64,000 nt of DNA from Vicinamibacterales bacterium (GTDB taxonomy: Bacteria; Acidobacteriota; Vicinamibacteria; Vicinamibacterales; 2-12-FULL-66-21). Each line of letters opens with the position of its first letter. The stretch's first letter is position 1. The stretch lies in assembly GCA_035758845.1 (NCBI GenBank), contig DASTVZ010000012.1, positions 35,097 to 99,096 of the forward strand. Direction: 5' to 3'. The notes under the pieces are model-generated. The model did not search any database, was not told the DNA's origin, and worked only from the letters and a program-made list of their open reading frames with translations. The position numbers were made by a program, and so were the translations under genes. Below are positions 29,249 to 38,765 of the stretch, piece by piece.

Positions 29249-30802
29249 TTACGGCCTCGCGCGCCGGCGATCGCGGCGGGCCAAGCGCGCGATTTCCGCG
29301 GTGAGCAGAGCCGGTTCCACCGGCTTTGGCAGATCCCGATGAACCTCAGAAATGAGCCGACCCAGACGAGGGTCGCTTCTACCACGCGCCGTCAACGCCA
29401 GGGCGGGAATGCGTCCGCCGCGGTCCGAATCGAGCGACTCGACTCTCCCGACGAGCGAATAGGAATCGTGACGCGGCGAGTCCGCATCGCTCACCAGAAC
29501 GTCCGGATGCCACGCCTCGAGCGATTCGAGTCCCTCCGCGACGGACCCCGCAATCTGCACCTCGGCGCCGCGTTGATGTAAGACCGTCCGCAGCAGCTCG
29601 TGTGCTTCAATGTCGTGATCGACGACGAGCACACGCATGCCGTGTAGTGAATCGGTCGCGAATGGACCAACAGTCGATATCTCACGACGCGACTCAAATT
29701 CGCGGAGCTCTACCGATTGAGCCGGAAGTCGGATGATGAAGATGGCCCCGGCAGCGTCGTCGCGATTCCGTGCCTCGATCTCACCGCCGTGCAGTTCGAC
29801 GAGTTGCTTGACGAGCGCAAGGCCGACACCAAGCCCGCCCGACACGCGGGTCAGCGATGAATCGGCCTGAGTGAAACAATCGAAAATGCGCGGCAGAAAA
29901 CTCGGATCGATGCCCGGACCGCTGTCGGTCACTTTGAGGGTGGCTTCGTCGCCGTGTGTCGCGGCAACCACTGCGACCCTGCCGCCGCGCGGCGTGAACT
30001 TGATCGCATTCGATAAGAGGTGCCACACGATTTGACGCAGACGCGCTGGATCACCAAGGACAACGACCGGCGACTTTGGGATGGTCACGTCGAGCGACAC
30101 CTCTTTCGCTCGGGCGGCAGATTCCGCCGCCGATGCCGCCTGCCGTGCCGCTTCACCGATCGTCGTGGGTTGACATTCAAGCTGCAACTCGCCGGTCAAC
30201 GCTTTCGATACTTCCAGCAAGTCACCCGTCAGTTGAGCCTGCAGCTTGACGTTGCGTTCGATGGTTTCGAGTCCGCGATCCGACAGATCGCGATCGAGTT
30301 TGCCGGTGCGCAGTAGATGGACCCATCCGAGCATCGCATTAAGGGGTGTTCGAAGTTCGTGAGACACGGTCGCGAGAAACTGATCTTTCATCCGGTTTGC
30401 CGCCTCGCCTTCTCGGCGGGCCGCCAGGGCCACACGAGTCTGCCGTTCCGCGGAGCGTCGGGCGGCGCGAAGTTCCGAAACGACGGCCGTTAACAGCAGA
30501 CCTTGCAAAACGAAGAGGGCAAGATGAGTTGCAACCTGCGCGACCGTAGCGGGCTCCCGGGACGCGCCCACCCACCCCAGCGCCGCGCCAAGAATGACCG
30601 CGGCCAGCGCCGGGCCTGTCCCGGCAAACCACGCGCTTGCGAGCACTGCCGTTCCGAGAAGAAGGAACTTGCTCACCTCGTCCAGGGCCGTGGCGGTCGT
30701 CGCGTCGACGATGAACACGACCGACACCGCTGCCATCGCGATCGCAAAGCGCAGCGGCGCTGGAAAGGTCGGAAACGGGTAGGCGTCAGCCGGTCGACTC
30801 AT
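29249..30802 (-). CDS. Hybrid sensor histidine kinase/response regulator
   Basis: 517 aa: membrane N-terminus, H-box FLATVSHELRTPLN, HATPase (DSGPGI, GLGVGL), and a C-terminal receiver (RVLVVDHD...DVLVSDADS). Confidence 0.85.
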   Translation of the reverse strand: MSRPADAYPFPTFPAPLRFAIAMAAVSVVFIVDATTATALDEVSKFLLLGTAVLASAWFAGTGPALAAVILGAALGWVGASREPATVAQVATHLALFVLQGLLLTAVVSELRAARRSAERQTRVALAARREGEAANRMKDQFLATVSHELRTPLNAMLGWVHLLRTGKLDRDLSDRGLETIERNVKLQAQLTGDLLEVSKALTGELQLECQPTTIGEAARQAASAAESAARAKEVSLDVTIPKSPVVVLGDPARLRQIVWHLLSNAIKFTPRGGRVAVVAATHGDEATLKVTDSGPGIDPSFLPRIFDCFTQADSSLTRVSGGLGVGLALVKQLVELHGGEIEARNRDDAAGAIFIIRLPAQSVELREFESRREISTVGPFATDSLHGMRVLVVDHDIEAHELLRTVLHQRGAEVQIAGSVAEGLESLEAWHPDVLVSDADSPRHDSYSLVGRVESLDSDRGGRIPALALTARGRSDPRLGRLISEVHRDLPKPVEPALLTAEIARLARRDRRRARP

Positions 30803-30877
30803 AACGGTTCAGCAGCCGCGTGTTGGCAAATCACTGCTATCCCGTCCGTCGGTCGCAACGGGCATGCCACGCTTGGG

Positions 30878-31657
30878 TCAGTTCGTTGAGATGCGAGTCG
30901 GACGCTCGGAGGCTGCGATCGGCGAGTTATCGAGTGTTTCCGCTGCTTCGAGCGAGGATGTCCCCGATGCCTCCGGCTGCTCGGGGCGCGCTACCTCCGC
31001 AGGGCCGAGAACCTCGTCAATCAGCCCATATTCCCTGGCACGAGCGGCATCGAGATAGAGATCGGTGCGCTTGGTGTCTCGGATGATTTGCCGAAGAGGC
31101 TTACCGGAACGATCGGCAAGTATTCGATAGATCTGGCTCTGCATCTGTTTGAGGCGATCGAGATGCTGGGCCGCGGCGGAAGTGGATTGCCACCCTGCCC
31201 ATTTCGCCGGTTCGTGAATCATGATCCACGAATGTGGAAACGCGAACCGCCTTCCCTGGCTGGCCGCCTGCAGGACGATCGATCCCATCGAGTAGGCCAT
31301 ACCCTGAACGACGATGGTGATCTCGTACCCGGTAGAGACGAGATATCTGATGGTGTCGTGGAGTGCCAACCCATCCGTTACATTGCCGCCAGCACTGTTG
31401 ATATAGATCGTGATCGGTTTGCGGCTTTCGTTCGCGAGTTCACGAAGCCGCTCGATCGCCTGCCGCGCCGTGTCCTTCTCGATGTCGCCGACCAGATAAA
31501 TGTCACGAAGTCGATCGGAATGTTCTTTTTTGACGAGTTCCCTGACCGCATCGACCAATTCATTGAGCAAACGATCACTGAATTCGCTCATGAGTGTTTT
31601 GTTCGCATGAGCCGTGCCGAATTCAGCCAGCTGAGCGGTCACGTATTGGAATGACAA
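30878..31657 (-). CDS. ClpP-like (S14 family) serine protease paralogue
   Basis: Contains INSAGGNV, the Ser in GMAYSMGS and the His in WIMIHEP, but lacks the canonical ClpP N-terminal segment. The start may be ATG 31591, since 31657 overlaps the upstream gene by 35 nt. Confidence 0.65.
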   Translation of the reverse strand: MSFQYVTAQLAEFGTAHANKTLMSEFSDRLLNELVDAVRELVKKEHSDRLRDIYLVGDIEKDTARQAIERLRELANESRKPITIYINSAGGNVTDGLALHDTIRYLVSTGYEITIVVQGMAYSMGSIVLQAASQGRRFAFPHSWIMIHEPAKWAGWQSTSAAAQHLDRLKQMQSQIYRILADRSGKPLRQIIRDTKRTDLYLDAARAREYGLIDEVLGPAEVARPEQPEASGTSSLEAAETLDNSPIAASERPTRISTN

Positions 31658-32240
31658 ATTTCTCAGCGGTATGCGTCTCCGAAAAACTCACAACCTTCAC
31701 ATCGACGAGGCCTGCTTTCTTTCCCGCCGCCATCACTTCTGACTCGGTGATCGCCGCCGATCCTTTTGGCCTAATCACCCACAGTGCGCCACTCGGTTTC
31801 AACGATCGCCTCAACGCACGGAGCCCATCGAGCATGTCACGCCGCGATGCGCCGTAGAAGACCAGGTCGGTCCCTTCGGCGGGAGCGATCCTGACAACGC
31901 GCGCGCCGCCCGCCTTTATTTCGCGCACTAAATCCGCATGTCGCTCGCCAGCAATCAGCGCGCTCATGCCTGCCTTCACACCGAGTTTGTCGAGCCTCGA
32001 CGGGGGACTTGTAATCCGATTCGCCCATCGGCCGGCAACGGCTCCAATATCAAAGATCGCGGTTGTCTTGCCGAACCGCACAACCAACGACCCCTCGTTC
32101 GCAACTGCGGACGCGATGCTCTTCAAAGGAATCGCGAGTCGCGTAGGGCCGCGAAAGATCAAATCATGCTGCTCCAGGACCGCTTTTCCTTCAGCAACCT
32201 CGCCCCCGAGCCGGAGGGTACACTGTGCCTCGTATCCCAT
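31623..32240 (-). CDS. DUF3052-like protein
   Basis: 205 aa. The pattern (LGVKAGMSALIAGE..., ALWVIRPKG) is recalled from the DUF3052 family. Function unknown. Confidence 0.5.
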   Translation of the reverse strand: MGYEAQCTLRLGGEVAEGKAVLEQHDLIFRGPTRLAIPLKSIASAVANEGSLVVRFGKTTAIFDIGAVAGRWANRITSPPSRLDKLGVKAGMSALIAGERHADLVREIKAGGARVVRIAPAEGTDLVFYGASRRDMLDGLRALRRSLKPSGALWVIRPKGSAAITESEVMAAGKKAGLVDVKVVSFSETHTAEKFVIPIRDRSAG

Positions 32241-32243
32241 TGA

Positions 32244-32759
32244 TCAACTCCTCGCCTGCGATCCGGCGAGCCGCTTCTCGAGCGAGGCCATGTAGGACCG
32301 GATCGTGCCTTCGTACCCAACAATGAATCGAGCCACGAATCGGAACAGCGGGTTATAGATCTCGCCGTCTTCAGTGATGGTGAGTCGGCTGCCTGTCTCC
32401 TCCGGCATGATCTCGTAGGTCCACGTGCCGCCGAATGGCAGTTTCGGATCCGCGATCCGTCCGACCAGGACGCGCGGCGGTTCCATGCGCTCCACGGCGA
32501 GCCTCATTTTTCCTGATCGTCCCTCCTCGATCCACACGGGATAACCGTTGCGATCCGGGAGCCGTTCGACGCGCGTGACGCCTGCACGCCATGAGGGAAA
32601 GCCCTCGACATCCGTGATGGTCGACCAGATCACGTCTGGAGGAACGGGAAAGCTTTTCGTCACCGAGGCACGGTGTGACTGTCCGAGACGCGATCCAATC
32701 ACTGCGGCGAGCGCGAGCACGAGAGCAAGCGCGACGACGGTTATCAGAACCCACTTCAT
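32244..32759 (-). CDS. SRPBCC (START/polyketide-cyclase-like) family protein with N-terminal TM
   Basis: 171 aa: MKWVLITVVALALVLALAAV, then PPDVIWSTITDVEGFPSWR. ATGA overlap with marR. Confidence 0.6.
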   Translation of the reverse strand: MKWVLITVVALALVLALAAVIGSRLGQSHRASVTKSFPVPPDVIWSTITDVEGFPSWRAGVTRVERLPDRNGYPVWIEEGRSGKMRLAVERMEPPRVLVGRIADPKLPFGGTWTYEIMPEETGSRLTITEDGEIYNPLFRFVARFIVGYEGTIRSYMASLEKRLAGSQARS

Positions 32760-33238
32760 AGCGGTTGCTCCTTGGTTGGTTGGGTTGGAGGAGCGACGTG
32801 CGGTCTGTGCGAGGCCGTCGCGAGAAGCGCGAGGCCGTGAATCGCGGCGGCACGCTCGCCTTCGGTCAATCGCGAGAGAAGCGCCTCGACACGGGACGGA
32901 TCCAACACCGACGACGCTTCGCGGATGCGCACGCCCGCCGATGTCAGTCGCACGTGCACGCGGCGGCGGTCGGCGCCGTCGCGGGCGCGAGCCACGTAGC
33001 CCTTGCGTTCGAGTCGATCGATTGCCAGCGACATCGTGGCAGGCGTGACTCCCATGTGTCGCGCGAGATCGTTGACGGTTGTCGGGTCGAGTTCATCGAG
33101 GTGGTCGAGGATGCTCGCCTGGTGCCGGCTCAGGAGCCGCCGGGAGTCGGGATCGCGGACGTGGCGCGTGTGGCAGGCGAAGTAGATCTGCGGATAGAGC
33201 GTCAGCACCTGTCGCACGGCGTCGACGATCGAAGTCAT
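32756..33238 (-). CDS. MarR family transcriptional regulator
   Basis: 160 aa with winged HTH TVNDLARHMGVTPATMSLAIDRLERKGYVARARDGADRRRV. Confidence 0.85.
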   Translation of the reverse strand: MTSIVDAVRQVLTLYPQIYFACHTRHVRDPDSRRLLSRHQASILDHLDELDPTTVNDLARHMGVTPATMSLAIDRLERKGYVARARDGADRRRVHVRLTSAGVRIREASSVLDPSRVEALLSRLTEGERAAAIHGLALLATASHRPHVAPPTQPTKEQPL

Positions 33239-33545
33239 GTCAGGCAGGAATAATATATTGTTTTGTCAAAATAAATTAAAATAGTTGCGAAAGTCCTAAA
33301 CCACAGCGTGGACGATTCCGTCCAATTGCGCGTTAGTTCTGAGTTTACGAGCGCGCGGCTTCTGGGGCAGCTAACACACCAGAGCCAGGAGCTGGCGGCC
33401 AAGAGCCAGCAGCCAACAAGCGTAGAATGTGAGTGTTCGTTTCCGGGACGACGGGGTTCGCAAACGGTCATCCTTCAGCCATCGAGGCCTCCGGGTCAGG
33501 CCAATAACTATCGGATATTCAGAGTGTTAGTCATGACGTCCGCAG

Positions 33546-33561
33546 TGGCACTCGATTTGGA
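33546..33561 (+). promoter_or_regulatory. Candidate sigma-54 promoter upstream of the macA-like operon
   Basis: TGGCAC-tcgat-TTGG, which matches consensus TGGCAC-N5-TTGC except for the last C. About 85 nt upstream of the ATG at 33647. An NtrC-type activator is encoded immediately downstream. Confidence 0.45.
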
Positions 33562-33646
33562 CTAACTGTGCACACTCGTCCGCCTTCGCGCTAGACGCGC
33601 TTGCGCGCGCTAACGGCGAGACGGCTCCAGGCACAGAGGCAATTAA

Positions 33647-34906
33647 ATGGTCGACATCGCAAGATCACCCGAATTCAAGCGGAAAAAGAAAATCCGTCAA
33701 ATCCTGTACGGCACCGCCGCGCTCGTTGTCATCATCCTGATTTCAGTTGGCGTGTCGCGGCTCAAGCCGGCGGCACCGTCAGTCGAACGCTCGACGATCT
33801 GGATCGGCACGGTCAAGCGCGGCCCGATGATTCGACAGGTTCGCGGATCGGGAACCCTGGTACCGGAAGAGATCCGGTGGATCCCCGCGACCACGTCGGG
33901 ACGGGTGGAAACGATTCTGCTGCGACCAGGGGCGCAGGTGAAGCCGGACACGGTCATCCTCGAGATGAGCAATCCCGACCTTCAGCAACAGGTCAGAGAA
34001 GCACAGCTGGCCTATCAGTCGGCGCAAGCCGCGTTTGTCAACCGCAAGGCCGAGCTCCAAAGTTCGTTACTGAGCCAACAGAGCGACGTGGCGAGCATCA
34101 AGGCGGCGGCTACCAAGGCAGCCCTGACGCTCGAGGCGCAGGACAAGCTCTACAAAGATGGTCTCGTCTCAGAGATCCAGTTCAAGCAATCGAAGAGCGA
34201 TAAGGAAGAACTGGAGAACCGGCTGAAGATTGCCGAGAACCGCCTCGTAATCTCGACCGAAGGGATGCAGTCGCAGCTCGCGCCGCAGGAAGCGGACGTC
34301 GATCAAAAGCGCGCGGCCTACGAGCTGCGCATACGCCAGCTCGATGACCTGAAGGTGAAGGCGGGGATGAGCGGCGTCCTGCAGGAAGTGCCGGTCGAGC
34401 GCGGCGCCCAAGTACAGGCCGGCGCTCCCCTCGCGCGCGTCGCCGATCCTACGACCTTGAAGGCCGAGGTGCGCATCGCAGAAACACAGACCAAGGACAT
34501 TCGCATCGGGCAGTACGCCGAGGTCGACACCCGGAACGGAACCGTGAAGGGCAGGGTCGCTCGAATGGACCCGAAGTCTACGGGCGGCACCGTCGGCGTG
34601 GACATCACCCTCGAGGGAGAGCTCCCGTCTGGCGCCCGGCCCGATCTGAGCGTCGACGGCACGATTCAACTCGAAAAGCTCGATAACGTCGTCTTCGTCG
34701 AGCGGCCCGCGTTCGGTCAGGAGAACAGCACGGTCGGTCTGTTCAAACTGACCGGCGACGGCGAAGCCATCCGGACCAACGTGAAGCTTGGCCGCACGTC
34801 TGTCAGTCAGGTTGAAATCCTCGAGGGATTGCAACCGGGCGATCAGGTCGTTCTGTCGGACATGTCCGCGCAGGACTCATTCGATCGGATTCGGATTTCC
34901 GGGTAA
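33647..34906 (+). CDS. HlyD/MacA-type periplasmic adaptor subunit
   Basis: 419 aa: N-terminal TM, a coiled-coil hairpin and beta-barrel domains (GMSGVLQEVPVERG, RIGQYAEVD). Confidence 0.8.
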   Translation: MVDIARSPEFKRKKKIRQILYGTAALVVIILISVGVSRLKPAAPSVERSTIWIGTVKRGPMIRQVRGSGTLVPEEIRWIPATTSGRVETILLRPGAQVKPDTVILEMSNPDLQQQVREAQLAYQSAQAAFVNRKAELQSSLLSQQSDVASIKAAATKAALTLEAQDKLYKDGLVSEIQFKQSKSDKEELENRLKIAENRLVISTEGMQSQLAPQEADVDQKRAAYELRIRQLDDLKVKAGMSGVLQEVPVERGAQVQAGAPLARVADPTTLKAEVRIAETQTKDIRIGQYAEVDTRNGTVKGRVARMDPKSTGGTVGVDITLEGELPSGARPDLSVDGTIQLEKLDNVVFVERPAFGQENSTVGLFKLTGDGEAIRTNVKLGRTSVSQVEILEGLQPGDQVVLSDMSAQDSFDRIRISG

Positions 34907-34960
34907 GAAAGCACAACGTCGCCCGCCGGCCTCCGCCGGCGCGTGAGAAAAGGAGCCACG

Positions 34961-35707
34961 ATGAACACGTCCGCGCCCACGCTGATCCATCTTGACGGCG
35001 TCACCAAGGTTTTTTTCACCGACGAAGTCGAGACGCACGCGCTTGCCGGAATCCACCTGGAGATCAAGACCGGCGAGTACATTGCGATTGCCGGGCCATC
35101 GGGCTGCGGCAAGTCCACGCTGCTGTCGATCCTGGGCCTGCTCGATTCACCGACGGAGGGCAAGTACACGTTGAACGGCAAGCCCGTCGCGGACCTCCCG
35201 CTCTCGGAACGCGCGCGTGTGCGCAACCGCGAGATCGGGTTCATCTTCCAGAGCTTCAACCTGATTGGCGATTTGAATGTCTACGAGAACGTCGAGCTTC
35301 CGCTGACGTATCGAGGCATGAAGTCCGCCGAACGCAAGGAACGCGTGATGGCCGCGCTCGAGAAAGTCGGCATGGCGCATCGCGCCAAACACCTGCCCAG
35401 CCAGCTCTCTGGCGGTCAGCAGCAGCGGGTCGCGGTGGCGCGCGCGGTCGCCGGTTCCCCATCGATTCTGCTCGCCGACGAGCCGACCGGAAACCTGGAC
35501 TCGAAGAACGGCGAGGCGGTGATGGAACTGCTGCGCGAACTGCACCGTGAAGGCGCCACCATCTGCATGGTGACCCACGACCCGCGTTATGCGCGCCATG
35601 CCGATCGATCGATTCATCTCTTCGACGGCCGTGTCGTCGAGGAAGACGGCAGCAGGCATCGGGGCGAGAAGGAGCTCGAAGAGAGCGGCTTCGACGTGAC
35701 CCACTGA
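34961..35707 (+). CDS. MacB/LolD-type ABC ATP-binding protein (no permease gene follows)
   Basis: ORF 34943..35707 trimmed to ATG 34961 with AAGGAG SD. Walker A GPSGCGKST, signature LSGGQQQR, Walker B ILLADEPT. Confidence 0.9.
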   Translation: MNTSAPTLIHLDGVTKVFFTDEVETHALAGIHLEIKTGEYIAIAGPSGCGKSTLLSILGLLDSPTEGKYTLNGKPVADLPLSERARVRNREIGFIFQSFNLIGDLNVYENVELPLTYRGMKSAERKERVMAALEKVGMAHRAKHLPSQLSGGQQQRVAVARAVAGSPSILLADEPTGNLDSKNGEAVMELLRELHREGATICMVTHDPRYARHADRSIHLFDGRVVEEDGSRHRGEKELEESGFDVTH

Positions 35708-35716
35708 GGTAAAGCC

Positions 35717-35777
35717 TTCAGCTCTCAGCTTTCAGCCAACAGCTCTCGCGGGCTGATGGCTGAGCGCTGACCGCTGA
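35717..35777. repeat. Palindromic TCAGC-rich intergenic element
   Basis: Stem CAGCCAACAGC (35733-35743) pairs with GCTGATGGCTG (35752-35762), flanked by further TCAGC/GCTGA units. Shares AGCCAACAGC with 6046-6069 and 33398-33421. Confidence 0.6.
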
Positions 35778-35786
35778 TTGCTGACT

Positions 35787-37211
35787 ATGCTCATCACCGA
35801 CCATCTTCGCAGTCCCCGCAACGAATCGGTTGAAACCGTCCGGCACCCTGTGCGGCCGAGTGAGCCGCGGGTGTTGATCGCCGACGACCAGGCCGACGTC
35901 CTGGAAGCGCTCCGCCTGCTGCTGAAGGCAGAGGGCTTTCAGCTCGAAACCGCGTCGTCGCCCGCCGGCGTGCTTGCGGCGGTGGAAGCGCGCGAGTTCG
36001 ACGTCGCGCTCATCGATCTCAATTACGCGCGCGACACCACCTCTGGCGAAGAAGGACTCAACCTGCTGTCGCGCATCCAGAGCATCGATCCGACGCTGCC
36101 GGTCGTGGTCATGACCGCCTGGGGCAGCGTCGAAGTCGCGGTCGAGGCGATGCGGCGCGGGGCGCGCGACTTCGTGCAAAAACCGTGGGACAACGCGCGG
36201 CTGCTGGCGATCATTCGCACGCAAATCGAACTGAGCCAGGCGCTCCGCAAGGGGCAGCGTCTCGAGGCCGAGAACTCGCTGTTACGTGGCGAGGGCATGC
36301 CGAAGCTAATCGCCGAGTCGTCGGCGATGCAGAACGTGCTGCAGGTCATCTCGCGCGTCGGCCCGTCGGACGCCAACGTGCTGATCCTCGGCGAGAACGG
36401 CACCGGCAAGGGAGTCGTGGCCCGTGCCCTCCACGCGGTCTCGAGCCGCGCGTCACGGCCGATGGTGGTCGTCAATTCAGGCGGCGTCTCGGAAGGCGTG
36501 TTCGAAAGCGAGTTGTTCGGGCACGTGCGCGGCGCGTTTACCGATGCGAAGAGCGATCGCGTCGGCCGCTTCGAACTGGCCGATCAAGGCACGCTCTTTC
36601 TCGACGAGATCGCGAACGTGCCACTGAGCCAGCAGGCCAAGCTTCTGCGCGTGATCGAGACCGGCGAGTTCGAGCGTCTGGGTTCCTCACGGACGCGGCG
36701 TGTCGACACACGGATCATTTCGGCGACCAACGCCAATCTCGTCGACGAGGTCAGCGCGGGACGATTTCGACAGGACCTGCTCTTCCGGTTGAACACGATC
36801 GAGATCAGGCTGCCTCCGCTGCGGGATCGTCGCGAGGACATCCCGCTGCTGGCGCAACACTTCCTGCGCCAGCACGCACAGCGGTATCGCAAACGGCTGA
36901 CCGGCTTCGAGAGCGGCGCGATGCAGATCCTGCTCGAACATCCGTGGCCGGGAAACGTGCGCGAACTCGATCATGCGATCGAGCGCGCCGTGCTGATGGC
37001 GCCGGGGCCGCTGGTGAAAGCCGCGGACCTGGGCCTGCGCGCGGCTCGTGAAGGAGGCGGACGGCTGGAGGACATGAGCCTCGAAGACGTCGAATGCTTC
37101 CTGATCAAAAAGGCCATGACCCGCTTCGACGGCAACGTGAGCCAGGCGGCCAAGGCCTTGGGCCTGAGCCGCAGCGCGCTGTACCGCCGACTGCAGCGGT
37201 ACGGACTCTAG
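35787..37211 (+). CDS. Sigma-54-dependent response regulator (NtrC family)
   Basis: ORF 35778 (TTG) trimmed to ATG 35787. Receiver RVLIADDQ...DLNY, AAA+ GENGTGKGVVA, GAFTDA loop, C-terminal HTH. Confidence 0.9.
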   Translation: MLITDHLRSPRNESVETVRHPVRPSEPRVLIADDQADVLEALRLLLKAEGFQLETASSPAGVLAAVEAREFDVALIDLNYARDTTSGEEGLNLLSRIQSIDPTLPVVVMTAWGSVEVAVEAMRRGARDFVQKPWDNARLLAIIRTQIELSQALRKGQRLEAENSLLRGEGMPKLIAESSAMQNVLQVISRVGPSDANVLILGENGTGKGVVARALHAVSSRASRPMVVVNSGGVSEGVFESELFGHVRGAFTDAKSDRVGRFELADQGTLFLDEIANVPLSQQAKLLRVIETGEFERLGSSRTRRVDTRIISATNANLVDEVSAGRFRQDLLFRLNTIEIRLPPLRDRREDIPLLAQHFLRQHAQRYRKRLTGFESGAMQILLEHPWPGNVRELDHAIERAVLMAPGPLVKAADLGLRAAREGGGRLEDMSLEDVECFLIKKAMTRFDGNVSQAAKALGLSRSALYRRLQRYGL

Positions 37212-37308
37212 AAAGGGAAAGCGCCTGCGGCCCGAGCGAGGCGCCGGAGGGAAGCGACGCGAAGCGGCGCCGCCGAGCGAGAGCGAGCGGGGGTGGGGCC
37301 CCGCGAGC
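37212..37308. repeat. GC-rich intergenic repeat (inverted copy of 56345-56433)
   Basis: GCGCCTGCG...GAAGCGGCGCCGCCGAGCGAGAGCGAGCGGGGGTGGGGCCCCGCGAGC aligns with the reverse complement of 56345-56433. Confidence 0.75.
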
Positions 37309-37356
37309 AATAAAAATGCGGACAGCCGCCTCACAGGGTAAATTTGTCGCTCGCAG

Positions 37357-38748
37357 ATGGCCACACCGAAGCGTGAACCCCGCCTAAGTCACGACCGCCG
37401 CATCCTCCTGATGGCGCTCGCCTCGGCACTTCCCGGGGCCGCGATCTCACTCATCTTTCTCTGGACCGGCGACTACACGCCGAAGGTCCAGTGGACGCTC
37501 TCGGTTCTCATCATCACGTTCTGTCTCGGCTTCGCGTTTGCGCTTCGCGAGCGTGTCGTCCTGCCGTTGCAGACGCTGTCGAATCTGCTCGCCGCCCTGG
37601 GGGAAGGAGACTTCTCCATTCGCGCGCGCGGCGCGCGCGGCGGCGATCCGCTCGGCGAGGTGATGATCGAAGTGAACGCGCTGGTTGAGACACTTCGCCA
37701 TCAGCGCCTCGATGCGCTCGAGGCGACGACGCTCTTGCGGAAGGTGATGGCGGAGATCGATGTCGCCGTGTTCACTTTCGATGAAGATCAGGAGTTGACG
37801 TTCGTCAATCGCGCCGGCGCACGGTTATTGAGCCAGGCGGCCGAGCGCCTGCTCGGTCGGCACGCGGAGGATCTCGACCTCGGCGACTACCTGACCGGCG
37901 AAGCGCCACGCGTCATCAACACGGCATTTCCCGGCGGCGTGGGCCGCTGGGAAATCCGCCGCAGTCAGTTTCGCCAGGGCGGCCGCCCGCACGAGCTGCT
38001 GGTGCTATCGGATCTGAGCCAACCGCTTCGCGAGGAGGAGCGGCAAGCGTGGCAGCGACTGATACGCGTCATCGGACACGAAATGAACAACTCGCTGGCG
38101 CCAATCAAGTCGATTGCCGGCAGCCTGGCGACGATCGTCGAACGCGAACCCCCGCCGGCCGACTGGCGCGACGACGTGCAACGCGGACTTGGGGTCATCG
38201 CCTCGCGGTCGGAGGCCTTGAGCCGGTTCATGAACGCGTACGCGCGGCTGGCGAAACTTCCTCCGCCCAAGCTCGCGCCGCTGGATGTCGGGACCTTTGT
38301 CGATCGCGTGGTGACACTCGAAAAGGCGCATCACATTTCCGTTGCGATCGGCCCACGGCTGACGATCCAAGGCGATGGCGATCAGCTCGAGCAACTGCTC
38401 ATCAATCTCATTCGCAACGCTGTCGATGCTGTTCGCGAGACCGGCGGTGGCGTGATCGTCGGGTGGCAACGCCTGGGTGGTTCGTACCCGCCGGCGATGG
38501 AGTTGTGGGTCGAGGATGAAGGCCCCGGACTGTCCAATACCGGCAATCTTTTCGTACCGTTCTTCACGACAAAGCCAGGCGGTTCGGGCATCGGCCTCGT
38601 CCTGAGTCGCCAAATCGCCGAAGCACACGGCGGAAGCCTGGTGCTCGAGAATCGCGCGGATCGTCAAGGCTGCCGCGCCAGCCTGCGACTGCCGTTGCAC
38701 GCCTTCGCGCAGCTGCGTGCTGATAACCTGGCCCACACCGCGTCGTAG
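37357..38748 (+). CDS. Sensor histidine kinase (NtrY-like: 2 TM, HAMP, PAS, HisKA, HATPase)
   Basis: 463 aa with H-box IGHEMNNSLAPI and G-boxes DEGPGL and GSGIGL. Confidence 0.85.
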   Translation: MATPKREPRLSHDRRILLMALASALPGAAISLIFLWTGDYTPKVQWTLSVLIITFCLGFAFALRERVVLPLQTLSNLLAALGEGDFSIRARGARGGDPLGEVMIEVNALVETLRHQRLDALEATTLLRKVMAEIDVAVFTFDEDQELTFVNRAGARLLSQAAERLLGRHAEDLDLGDYLTGEAPRVINTAFPGGVGRWEIRRSQFRQGGRPHELLVLSDLSQPLREEERQAWQRLIRVIGHEMNNSLAPIKSIAGSLATIVEREPPPADWRDDVQRGLGVIASRSEALSRFMNAYARLAKLPPPKLAPLDVGTFVDRVVTLEKAHHISVAIGPRLTIQGDGDQLEQLLINLIRNAVDAVRETGGGVIVGWQRLGGSYPPAMELWVEDEGPGLSNTGNLFVPFFTTKPGGSGIGLVLSRQIAEAHGGSLVLENRADRQGCRASLRLPLHAFAQLRADNLAHTAS

Positions 38749-38765
38749 CGAAGGGGCGGCATCGG

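Noticed and set aside
30878-31657. ClpP-like gene as a phage prohead protease or prophage marker.
   Set aside because: There are no portal, capsid, terminase or integrase genes nearby. The gene is in an operon with MarR, SRPBCC and DUF3052 genes.
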